Assembly: GCA_963740315.1 (NCBI GenBank) | Contig: CAVUDP010000001.1 | Coordinates: 448,001 to 512,000 of the forward strand | Direction: 5' to 3' | DNA length: 64,000 nt | Source of the DNA: an uncultured cyanobacterium | GTDB lineage: Bacteria; Cyanobacteriota; Cyanobacteriia; Cyanobacteriales; Nostocaceae | Shown: piece after piece, positions 52,938 to 61,547 of the stretch | Layout of the letters: each line of letters begins with the position of its first letter | Numbering within the stretch: position 1 is the first letter of the stretch | Made by a program: the position numbers and the translations under genes | Notes under the pieces: model-generated | What the model was told of the DNA's origin: nothing | Seen by the model: only the letters and a program-made list of their open reading frames with translations | Databases searched by the model: none

Positions 52938-55730
52938 ATGCTAAAAACCTTGTTGGGCGACCCCAACGCTCGTAAGCTAAAAAAATACCAACCATCAATT
53001 ACTGAAATTACTCTCTTAGAGGAAGACATTAAAGTTCTTTCCGATCAAGAGCTTAAGGCTAAAACACCAGAGTTTAAACAACGTCTTGCTAAAGGCGAAT
53101 CCCTTGATGATATCCTTCCCGAAGCTTTTGCCGTAACTAGGGAAGCTGCAAGGCGAGTTTTAGCAATGCGTCACTTTGACGTGCAGCTATTGGGTGGGAT
53201 GATTCTGCACAAGGGACAAATTACTGAAATGAAAACCGGGGAAGGTAAAACCCTGGTTGCGACATTACCTAGCTATGTAAATGCTTTAACTGGTAAAGGC
53301 GTACACGTAATTACCGTTAACGATTACTTAGCCCGTCGTGATGCTGAGTGGATGGGACAAGTACACCGTTTCTTAGGATTGACTGTAGGACTAATTCAGT
53401 CCAGCATGACACCCGTGGAACGAAAGAAAAATTATGAATGCGATATTACCTATGTTACCAACAGTGAAATAGGTTTCGACTACCTGCGGGATAACATGGC
53501 AACGTCGATGGCGGATGTAGTACAGCGTCCGTTTAATTATTGCGTAATTGACGAAGTAGATTCGATTTTAATTGATGAAGCTAGAACTCCGTTGATTATT
53601 TCCGGTCAGGTAGAAAGACCAACCGAGAAATACGTCAAAGCTGCTCAAATTGCCAATGCATTGCTTAAAGGAGAACAGGAAGATTACGAAGTAGACGAAA
53701 AAGCTCGTAACGTACTGTTGACCGACGAAGGCTTCCAGAAGGCAGAAGAACTTTTAGAAGTAACCGATTTATTCGACCCCGAAGATCCTTGGGCGCACTT
53801 TATATTTAACGCCATTAAAGCCAAGGAACTGTTTTTACCAGACGTAAACTACATTCTTCGTAATGGGGAAGTAGTAATTGTAGATGAATCTACTGGTAGG
53901 GTATTACCGGGAAGACGTTGGAGTGACGGTTTACACCAAGCCATTGAAGCAAAAGAACGTGTAGAGATTCAGCCAGAAACTCAAACCCTAGCTTCGATTA
54001 CCTATCAAAACTTGTTTTTGCTGTATCCCAAATTAGGTGGAATGACAGGAACCGCAAAAACAGAAGAAGTAGAATTTGAAAAAATTTACAAATTAGAAGT
54101 AAGTATAATTCCTACCAACCGAATCAGGCAGCGTAAAGACTTGCCAGATATGGTATTTAAGACAGAAGTTGGTAAATGGAAGGCGATCGCTAAAGAATGT
54201 GCCGAAATGCACGAAACCGGCAGACCTGTTTTGGTAGGAACTACAAGCGTAGAAAAATCGGAATATCTCAGCAAATTATTGAAAGAGATTGGCATTCCTC
54301 ACGAATTGCTCAACGCCAGACCGGAAAACGTCGAACGGGAAGCCGAAATTGTCGCTCAAGCCGGACGCGGGGCAATGGTAACGATCGCCACCAACATGGC
54401 TGGTAGAGGAACGGACATTATTTTGGGTGGTAACGCCGAATATATGGCGCGTTTAAAAGTTCGGGAATTCTTAATGCCTCGAATTGTCCAGCCAGAAGAC
54501 GAGGATGTATTTTCGCCTCGTAGAGCAACTTTACCGAATGATACTGGTGGCGGACATGGTTTCGTTCCCGGTAAAAAAGTCAAAACCTGGAAAGCTTCGC
54601 CCAAAGTATTCCCCACACAGATAAGTAAAGAAGCCGAAAATATTCTCAAAGAAGCAGTAGAAGTTGCTGTCAAAGAATTTGGCGAACGTAGCTTATCCGA
54701 ACTCGAAGCCGAAGACAAAATAGCGGTTGCAGCCGAGAAAGCGCCAACTGAAAACCCCGTAATTCAGAAAATACGCCAAGCCTACAACCGCGTCAAAGAA
54801 GAATACGAAGCATTTACCGACGCAGAACACGATAAAATTATTTCCTTGGGCGGTTTACACGTAATTGGTACCGAACGCCACGAATCGCGGCGGATTGATA
54901 ACCAATTGCGGGGACGTGCTGGAAGACAAGGGGACCCCGGTTCCACCAGATTTTTCTTAAGTTTAGAAGACAACTTAATGAGAATATTCGGTGGCGATCG
55001 CGTTGCCGGTTTAATGAATATGTTCCGTGTAGAGGAAGATATGCCCATCGAATCGGGTATGTTAACTCGCAGTTTAGAAGGTGCCCAGAAAAAAGTCGAA
55101 ACCTACTATTACGACATTCGTAAACAGGTATTCGAGTACGACGAAGTAATGAACAACCAGCGTAGAGCAATTTACGCCGAACGTCGTCGAGTATTAGAAG
55201 GGCAAGACTTGAAAGAACAGGTAATTAAATATGCCGAGAAAACGATGGATGACATCGTTGATTATTACGTCAACCCAGACTTACCATCGGAAGAATGGGA
55301 ATTAGAAAAATTAACTGAAAAGGTCAAAGAATTTGTTTATCTGCTATCGGACTTACAAGCTTCTCATTTAGAAGATATGTCCATGAGCGAGATGAAAGCC
55401 TTTTTACACGAACAAGTTCGCATCGCTTACGACATGAAAGAAGCCGAAGTTGACCAAATTCAACCCGGATTAATGCGTCAAGCAGAGCGATTCTTTATCC
55501 TACAGCGAATTGACACCTTATGGCGCGAACATTTGCAGCAAATGGAAGCCTTAAGAGAGTCCGTAGGATTGCGCGGTTACGGTCAAAAAGACCCCTTAAT
55601 TGAATATAAGAGCGAAGGTTACGAACTATTCCTGGATATGATGACAAACATCCGCCGCGATGTAGTTTACTCCTTGTTTATGTTCCAACCACAGCCACAG
55701 CCTACAGTGGAAACATCACAAATGGTTTAA
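52938..55730 (+). CDS. secA: Preprotein translocase subunit SecA
   Basis: [73 protein letters not shown]. Confidence 0.98.
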   Translation: MLKTLLGDPNARKLKKYQPSITEITLLEEDIKVLSDQELKAKTPEFKQRLAKGESLDDILPEAFAVTREAARRVLAMRHFDVQLLGGMILHKGQITEMKTGEGKTLVATLPSYVNALTGKGVHVITVNDYLARRDAEWMGQVHRFLGLTVGLIQSSMTPVERKKNYECDITYVTNSEIGFDYLRDNMATSMADVVQRPFNYCVIDEVDSILIDEARTPLIISGQVERPTEKYVKAAQIANALLKGEQEDYEVDEKARNVLLTDEGFQKAEELLEVTDLFDPEDPWAHFIFNAIKAKELFLPDVNYILRNGEVVIVDESTGRVLPGRRWSDGLHQAIEAKERVEIQPETQTLASITYQNLFLLYPKLGGMTGTAKTEEVEFEKIYKLEVSIIPTNRIRQRKDLPDMVFKTEVGKWKAIAKECAEMHETGRPVLVGTTSVEKSEYLSKLLKEIGIPHELLNARPENVEREAEIVAQAGRGAMVTIATNMAGRGTDIILGGNAEYMARLKVREFLMPRIVQPEDEDVFSPRRATLPNDTGGGHGFVPGKKVKTWKASPKVFPTQISKEAENILKEAVEVAVKEFGERSLSELEAEDKIAVAAEKAPTENPVIQKIRQAYNRVKEEYEAFTDAEHDKIISLGGLHVIGTERHESRRIDNQLRGRAGRQGDPGSTRFFLSLEDNLMRIFGGDRVAGLMNMFRVEEDMPIESGMLTRSLEGAQKKVETYYYDIRKQVFEYDEVMNNQRRAIYAERRRVLEGQDLKEQVIKYAEKTMDDIVDYYVNPDLPSEEWELEKLTEKVKEFVYLLSDLQASHLEDMSMSEMKAFLHEQVRIAYDMKEAEVDQIQPGLMRQAERFFILQRIDTLWREHLQQMEALRESVGLRGYGQKDPLIEYKSEGYELFLDMMTNIRRDVVYSLFMFQPQPQPTVETSQMV

Positions 55731-55757
55731 CGATTTTAGATTGTAGGAATATTAAGC

Positions 55758-55782
55758 AGCCGGGTTTTAAACACCCGGTTTT
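55758..55782 (+). terminator. Terminator-like hairpin after secA
   Basis: agccgggt-tttaaac-acccggtt-tt. Confidence 0.65.
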
Positions 55783-55791
55783 ATTATGTTC

Positions 55792-55838
55792 GTAGTAAGG
55801 ACTTCAGTCCTAAAACCGAGGACTAAAGTCCTTACTAC
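55792..55838. repeat. Compact GTAG...CTAC REP doublet
   Basis: gtagtaaggacttcagtcct-aaaaccg-aggactaaagtccttactac. Confidence 0.8.
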
Positions 55839-55871
55839 AAACCCTTAATAATTATTTTTGATTTTTCTTCC

Positions 55872-56198
55872 ATGAAACTATTATTCCTATGCAGTCAAAA
55901 TAAATTACGCAGTCCAACGGCAGAAGCTATTTTTTCCGAATACGAAAGTAATAAAGTATAATCTGCCGGTTTAAATAAAGATGCAGAAATACCATTGTCA
56001 GCAGAAATGATTGAACGAGCTGATATTATTTTTGTAATGGAAAAGTCACATAGAAATAAATTATCGAAAAAATATAAATCATTTCTCAAGGATAAACGAG
56101 TAGTATGTTTAGATATTCCCGACGAATATGATTATATGGACTCAGATTTGATTAAAATACTAAAGAATAAAGTCTTACCATTGTTAGGAACGTTTTAA
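55872..56198 (+). pseudogene. Low-molecular-weight protein tyrosine phosphatase-family gene with premature TAA (55959-55961)
   Basis: MKLLFLCSQNKLRSPTAEAIFSEYESNKV*SAGLNKDAE...ADIIFVMEKSH...CLDIPDEYDYMD; the CX5RS loop lies before the stop. Confidence 0.85.
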
Positions 56199-56363
56199 AA
56201 TTAATGATTAAGGGAGTAGGGAGTAGGGAGTAGAAAGTAGGGAATAGAAAAATCCAAACATCATTAAAAGAATTAAACTACTTTATTAATAGATATAAAA
56301 AAATAGTTTATTTTACCAATACCCAATGCCCAATTCGCAACGCCCAATTCCCTAACAATTATT

Positions 56364-57104
56364 ATGAACGCATCAGGAATAAAAATCATCTTAGTAGAAC
56401 CAGCAGGACCATTAAATGTCGGTTCTGTAGCGCGAGTGATGAAAAACTTTGCACTTCATAAACTGGTTTTAGTTAACCCCCAATGCGATTATTTAGGGGA
56501 AGAAGCCACGCTCATGGCAGTTCATGCTAAAGACGTTTTAGAAACAGCAGTGTCGGTAGCGACATTACCCGAAGCGTTGCAGGGTTGCAAAAGAGCGATC
56601 GCCACAACAGCAAGAACCCGAGACTTTAATATTCCTTTGCAAAATCCCCGCGAAGTATTACCTTGGTTATTAGAAGCAGGATCTCAACCAGCAGCATTAA
56701 TTTTCGGTAGGGAAGACAGAGGTTTGAGCAACGAAGAATTAAACTACGCTCAAAAATTTATGCGTATTCCTACTGATTCCGGATATGCATCCTTGAATTT
56801 AGCTTCCGCCGTAGCAATTAGCTGTTATGAATTAGCGCAAACTCAACAGCTTTCAAGGGAATATACAGATAAAACTGATGCTTCAGATAACGAACTCGCA
56901 TCATTAGAGGTTGTGGAAGGATACTACAAACAGTTAGAATCACTACTGCTGTCTATTGAGTATCTTTATCCCCATACCGCTAGCAGTCGTATGGAAAAAT
57001 TTCGGCAATTGTATAATCGCGCTGGGCTGCAAACCCAAGAAGTTGCTATGCTAAGAGGTATTTTACGGCAGATGCAGTGGGCGCTGACACAATCCGGATT
57101 ATAA
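56364..57104 (+). CDS. TrmJ/LasT-family RNA methyltransferase
   Basis: LVEPAGPLNVGSVARVMKNF, IFGREDRGLSNEEL, SLNLASAV. Confidence 0.9.
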   Translation: MNASGIKIILVEPAGPLNVGSVARVMKNFALHKLVLVNPQCDYLGEEATLMAVHAKDVLETAVSVATLPEALQGCKRAIATTARTRDFNIPLQNPREVLPWLLEAGSQPAALIFGREDRGLSNEELNYAQKFMRIPTDSGYASLNLASAVAISCYELAQTQQLSREYTDKTDASDNELASLEVVEGYYKQLESLLLSIEYLYPHTASSRMEKFRQLYNRAGLQTQEVAMLRGILRQMQWALTQSGL

Positions 57105-57275
57105 GAATCGATCGATGAATAATGAATATCGATCGCGTGGGCGTATTACCCCCCACCCAAAATTTTTAATAATAGCTTAAACTAAACACAAAAATGCTAT
57201 ATAGGGTGATTTGAGAAGAGGCGTGAAGTTCGTTCGTACAGTATTTACAGAGTAAGTGGGTTAGAAGGAGTAGCG

Positions 57276-58781
57276 GTGTCAGAACCAAGTTACAAATTTA
57301 CAGCATCTGGGCGGCGACAACCCACAAAGCGCCGTCAAAAAGTGCGTAAAGTTCAAAAACCAGTAGGAAAGCAGCGTCCGCCTCAACAAGGGGGAATTTC
57401 GCGTGTAGTAATTAGTCCTTCCTCAAGTAGTGCGAAAAAACCCCGAAAGCGACAAAGGGTAGAAGCGCCAGCCGAGACTTGGTTGAGAAAAAAAGCATCT
57501 CAAACAGCACCTAGTGGAATGAAATCGGCTGCTACAAATGGTAAGATTCCACCCTTAAGGTTCAACAAACGAGTAACTAAAAGGGTAAAACTATCTAACA
57601 AAACTCGCCTCAAGCCAATGGCGAGAACCATGCTGTATATATTGCGTTTATTAATTGTAGGAGTCGGTATTGGCGCAATTGTCGGTACCGTATTATCAGT
57701 ATTAGATCCAGCTACTCAAGTAACGAAGGCTAACCCATCAAATTTAGAACAAAATCAACCGCAAGCCGCTTCTAATAGTCAAGGATTCTATTTAACCCAA
57801 GAAATAATTCCTCTCAAAAGTGCCGTCCAAAATCTTGCAACTGCTAACCCAAAATTGACACCTGGAGTTTTCATAGCAGATTTAGATACTGGTACTTATG
57901 TAGATTTAAACTCCAGCAACTCATTTTCAGCCGCTAGCACAATTAAATTACCCATACTTGTTGCCTTTTTCCAAGATGTAGATGCAGGAAAAATTCAACT
58001 AAATGAAACGCTAGTCATGGAACAGAACATGGTTGCAGGAGGTTCTGGCGATATGAAAAGCCAACCAGTAGGAAGCAAATTCACGGCTTTAGATGTCGCA
58101 AGCAAAATGATGATAACTAGCGACAACACCGCCACAAATATGATCATTGCTCGTATGGGTGGAATAGAAGCCTTAAATCAAAGATTTCGCAGTTGGGGAT
58201 TAACAGCTACAGTACTCCGCAATCAACTACCCGATATCCAAGGAACTAATACCACCAGCCCTAAAGAATTGGGTAACGTAATGGCAATGCTGAGTAAAGG
58301 GAACTTAGTTACAAATCCAGTATCCCGCAACAGCATACTTGAAATCATGCGTCGCAACCAAAGACGGCATCTATTACCCAAAGGTTTGGGTGCGGGGGCA
58401 AATATTGCTAATAAAACGGGTTATATTGGCGCAATGTTGGGTGATGTTGGATTAATTGAATTACCCACAGGTAAGCGCTACGTTGTAGCCGTCATGGTAC
58501 AGCGTCCTAGAAATGACCCAAGTGCCGAAACTTTAATTACCTCAGTGTCCAGTTTAGCGTACCAATACTTTAGTCAAGCCGCCGCGATTCCAGGAATAAA
58601 TGGAACTAATCTTCCACCAAGCATTAATTCTCCTTATTTAAATAATCCATCCACGGGAACTAACCTTTATCAACCTCCGCTTCCGAATCCCGTTCCCAAC
58701 GGTGTAAATAATACAATGCCCATAACAACTTATCCGCAAAACGGGTACAATTCGCAGTATTATTATCCTTATCAAAGATAA
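57276..58781 (+). CDS. Membrane-anchored class A beta-lactamase-like serine hydrolase (PBP-A type)
   Basis: Basic N-terminus, TM helix, motifs STIK (SxxK), SDN and KTG. Confidence 0.87.
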   Translation: MSEPSYKFTASGRRQPTKRRQKVRKVQKPVGKQRPPQQGGISRVVISPSSSSAKKPRKRQRVEAPAETWLRKKASQTAPSGMKSAATNGKIPPLRFNKRVTKRVKLSNKTRLKPMARTMLYILRLLIVGVGIGAIVGTVLSVLDPATQVTKANPSNLEQNQPQAASNSQGFYLTQEIIPLKSAVQNLATANPKLTPGVFIADLDTGTYVDLNSSNSFSAASTIKLPILVAFFQDVDAGKIQLNETLVMEQNMVAGGSGDMKSQPVGSKFTALDVASKMMITSDNTATNMIIARMGGIEALNQRFRSWGLTATVLRNQLPDIQGTNTTSPKELGNVMAMLSKGNLVTNPVSRNSILEIMRRNQRRHLLPKGLGAGANIANKTGYIGAMLGDVGLIELPTGKRYVVAVMVQRPRNDPSAETLITSVSSLAYQYFSQAAAIPGINGTNLPPSINSPYLNNPSTGTNLYQPPLPNPVPNGVNNTMPITTYPQNGYNSQYYYPYQR

Positions 58782-58827
58782 ATTAAATAGAGTTTGGGTA
58801 ATTACCAATTACCAATTACCAATTACC

Positions 58828-59190
58828 ATGTCCACTCCTTCAATTCAATTTTTTGCTGGCATTAACGAGAAATTAGGAAACGTCAGCTTGCGTCGCAATC
58901 CTAATACTGGGAAACGCATAGTTTTAATGACATTTGACCAGTTACAAGCTTTAGAAAAATTCAATAGCTTTACCAAAAAATCCTTAAATACAATGCTTTT
59001 AACCGACGAAGAAGGCGAAATTAGCGTAACTCCTTCTTCGACTAAATTTATCTTTGTTGGCGATGAAGGAGATGAATTAAAACGAGTTGATTGCCAATTT
59101 GAAATCGAACAAGATGACCATTGGGAAAGGTTTATGCGCTTTATGCATCGTTACGCCGATGCTAACGGTATGGCTTATGCGGACTCTTAA
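58828..59190 (+). CDS. psb28: Photosystem II assembly factor Psb28 family
   Basis: SIQFFAGI.E, MLLTDEEGEI, WERFMRFMHRYA. Confidence 0.92.
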   Translation: MSTPSIQFFAGINEKLGNVSLRRNPNTGKRIVLMTFDQLQALEKFNSFTKKSLNTMLLTDEEGEISVTPSSTKFIFVGDEGDELKRVDCQFEIEQDDHWERFMRFMHRYADANGMAYADS

Positions 59191-59247
59191 GGAGTTAGGA
59201 GTTAGGAATTAGGAGTTAGGAGTTAGGAGTTAGGAATTAGGAGTTAG
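59191..59247. repeat. Heptamer tandem repeat (GGAGTTA)x8
   Basis: ggagttaggagttaggaattaggagtta... Confidence 0.92.
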
Positions 59248-59365
59248 AAGGAAGAAAATAAATAATTATAATTAGTTTTCTCGTAAAAAAAAATTAATTG
59301 CTTCCCTTGCCCTCTCCCCATCTCCTTGTCTCCTTGTCCCCTTGTCCCCCATGCCAAATGCCCAA

Positions 59366-60430
59366 TCAAGTCCAATATAGAATTTTGGCTGACACAAAAC
59401 GTTCTGCGATCGCACTTTCAAAAAATGCCCGCAATTCTTTCATGGTGTCTTTATCGTAAACATATTTGACACCTCCGAATTTATTGCGTTTAACGCTGCG
59501 GGTTGACTCATCTAGATCGAGTTTGCTGTTAGGATACCATTGCTGCAATACTCCTTTTGAACCGGGGGTGAAGCGATGGGAAATCAATTCAAAAGTTAGA
59601 TCGCACTCGAAATTAAGAGTAGCTTTCGCAGCGTCAAGAAGTTGCGTATATTCTTCACGCCAATTTTCAATCGGCATAATCGGCGCGATAACAAAGCCGA
59701 TTTTATAACCCGCAAGCGCTAACTTACGAATTGACTGCAATCGCTGCATTACAGAAGCCGTACCACCTTCCAACGTCCGCGAAATTGAAGCCGCATTAAC
59801 GCTAAAACGACAGCGAGTATTACCGTTATGAGGTAGCGCTAATAAATCATCTACATTGTCAAACTTCGTTACCCAGCGCAACGTTGCGCGATCGCGAGTA
59901 CCAAAGTAGCGAATACATTCAGCTAAACTTCCAGTTAAATGTTCAATACCTAAAGGATCTGTGTAGCAGCTAACTTCATAACTAGTTGATTTTTCTGAGT
60001 CTTCATAATTTTTGAGATTATCTAAAATTTGAGGTAAATTTGCGTAAGCCCGAATTACTGGCGGTCCTTGCAAACTACCCGCTAAGTAACAATACTGACA
60101 ATGAGCCGGACATCCTTGAGCAAGATGAAACTGCCAATCGGCTGAAGGTGGAATTGGACTAAGTTTAAACTGGCTCGCTGGTGCCGTGACAACTGCTAAA
60201 GTACGCTTGGATGTAGCGTAGGTTTCCCGTTCCGTTTCTCCCCGCAAACCCGCAATCCGATTTTGTTTCAGCTTTTGAACCGGAAGTCCTAAAGATTCGA
60301 CACGTGCCAAAATTTGCCGTCCCCAATCCTCATCTAAAGCCGCCGGGGTAAACAACACCTGTTCCGGCATCCACAAACGGTGGCGATCGTCTGTATTAAT
60401 AGGCAGTGACTGAGGAAGATTGGCAACCAT
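59366..60430 (-). CDS. Spore photoproduct lyase-like radical SAM protein
   Basis: GCPAHCQYCYL, YEVSCYTDPLGIEHLTG, LRWVTKF, ELISHRFT, KFGGVKYVY. Confidence 0.86.
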   Translation of the reverse strand: MVANLPQSLPINTDDRHRLWMPEQVLFTPAALDEDWGRQILARVESLGLPVQKLKQNRIAGLRGETERETYATSKRTLAVVTAPASQFKLSPIPPSADWQFHLAQGCPAHCQYCYLAGSLQGPPVIRAYANLPQILDNLKNYEDSEKSTSYEVSCYTDPLGIEHLTGSLAECIRYFGTRDRATLRWVTKFDNVDDLLALPHNGNTRCRFSVNAASISRTLEGGTASVMQRLQSIRKLALAGYKIGFVIAPIMPIENWREEYTQLLDAAKATLNFECDLTFELISHRFTPGSKGVLQQWYPNSKLDLDESTRSVKRNKFGGVKYVYDKDTMKELRAFFESAIAERFVSAKILYWT

Positions 60431-60854
60431 AAAAATCTATTATTTAAGGATTTAAACTACTGTCTCTAATTTGACAATTTAAGCTGCATAAAAAATCCTC
60501 TTAGAAGTATATTTTTATCAACTGTAAGTAGTATATAGGTACTGTTTAGAATCATCCAGATGATAGACAGTTTTTACAACTTATTGTAGATTACCCTTCT
60601 ATAGTACGATTTACCGATTTATCGATGAAGACTGAGTTAAAAAGCGGCGTTGAAGCCCATAGATACAAGTAAATATAGAATTCAAAAACAATAATTTATA
60701 ATTCGATCCAGATTAACAGTTGCCAATGTACCTTGCATTTCGCTAGAATCTTTAGGCTTTAGGCAAGTATTTTAGGATTAATGATGGCTGTTCCGCGTGT
60801 GCCATCACGAAAACCCACACTGCTTGATTTTACAGAAAATAGAGAAAGAAAAAG

Positions 60855-61316
60855 ATGGCGAAACGCATACAGTTAGTTTTAAATGAAGATGTTAACAAAT
60901 TAGGGAAATTAGGCGACTTAATAGACGTAGCCCCTGGTTATGCTCGTAATTACTTACTTCCTAAAAATTTGGCAACTTTCGTAACTCCTGGTATTCTTAA
61001 ACAAGTTGAACGTCGTAAAGAATTAGAACGTCAGCGTCAAGAAGAATTGAAGCAAAAAGCTGTTGAACAAAAAACAGCTTTGGAAAATGTTGGTAGCTTC
61101 AAAATTGCCAAACAAGTTGGTGAAAACAACTCGATTTTTGGTACAGTCACCACCCAAGATGTGGCTGATATCATTCAAGGTACTACTGAAATGGAAGTAG
61201 ATAGACGCGGTATTACCATCCCCGATATTGGTAGCTTGGGTACTTATCAAGCTGAAATCAAACTATATTCTGACGTGACTGCAAAAGTTAATTTTGAAGT
61301 TGTTGCCAGCGAGTAA
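60855..61316 (+). CDS. rplI: 50S ribosomal protein L9
   Basis: [27 protein letters not shown]; directly upstream of dnaB. Confidence 0.97.
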   Translation: MAKRIQLVLNEDVNKLGKLGDLIDVAPGYARNYLLPKNLATFVTPGILKQVERRKELERQRQEELKQKAVEQKTALENVGSFKIAKQVGENNSIFGTVTTQDVADIIQGTTEMEVDRRGITIPDIGSLGTYQAEIKLYSDVTAKVNFEVVASE

Positions 61317-61441
61317 TTTTAATTACCTATTGCTGAAAATTTGATACTACGGTTAATCACGAAAAACCATAGATAAATTAGATACATTTGTATTTATTTC
61401 TAAAATCTATGGTTTAATTATTTCAAAATTATTCATTATGT

Positions 61442-61470
61442 GTAGAGATGTTGCACCGCAATGTCTCTAC
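61442..61470. repeat. Short GTAGAGA...TCTCTAC REP palindrome
   Basis: gtagagatgttgcaccgcaatgtctctac; related copy at 35165-35189. Confidence 0.72.
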
Positions 61471-61547
61471 ATATTATTTGAGGACTATTCGCACTTTGAT
61501 GGGCAATAGTTCAATTGTTTTGTATTATAAAATTTACTATCCGATTT

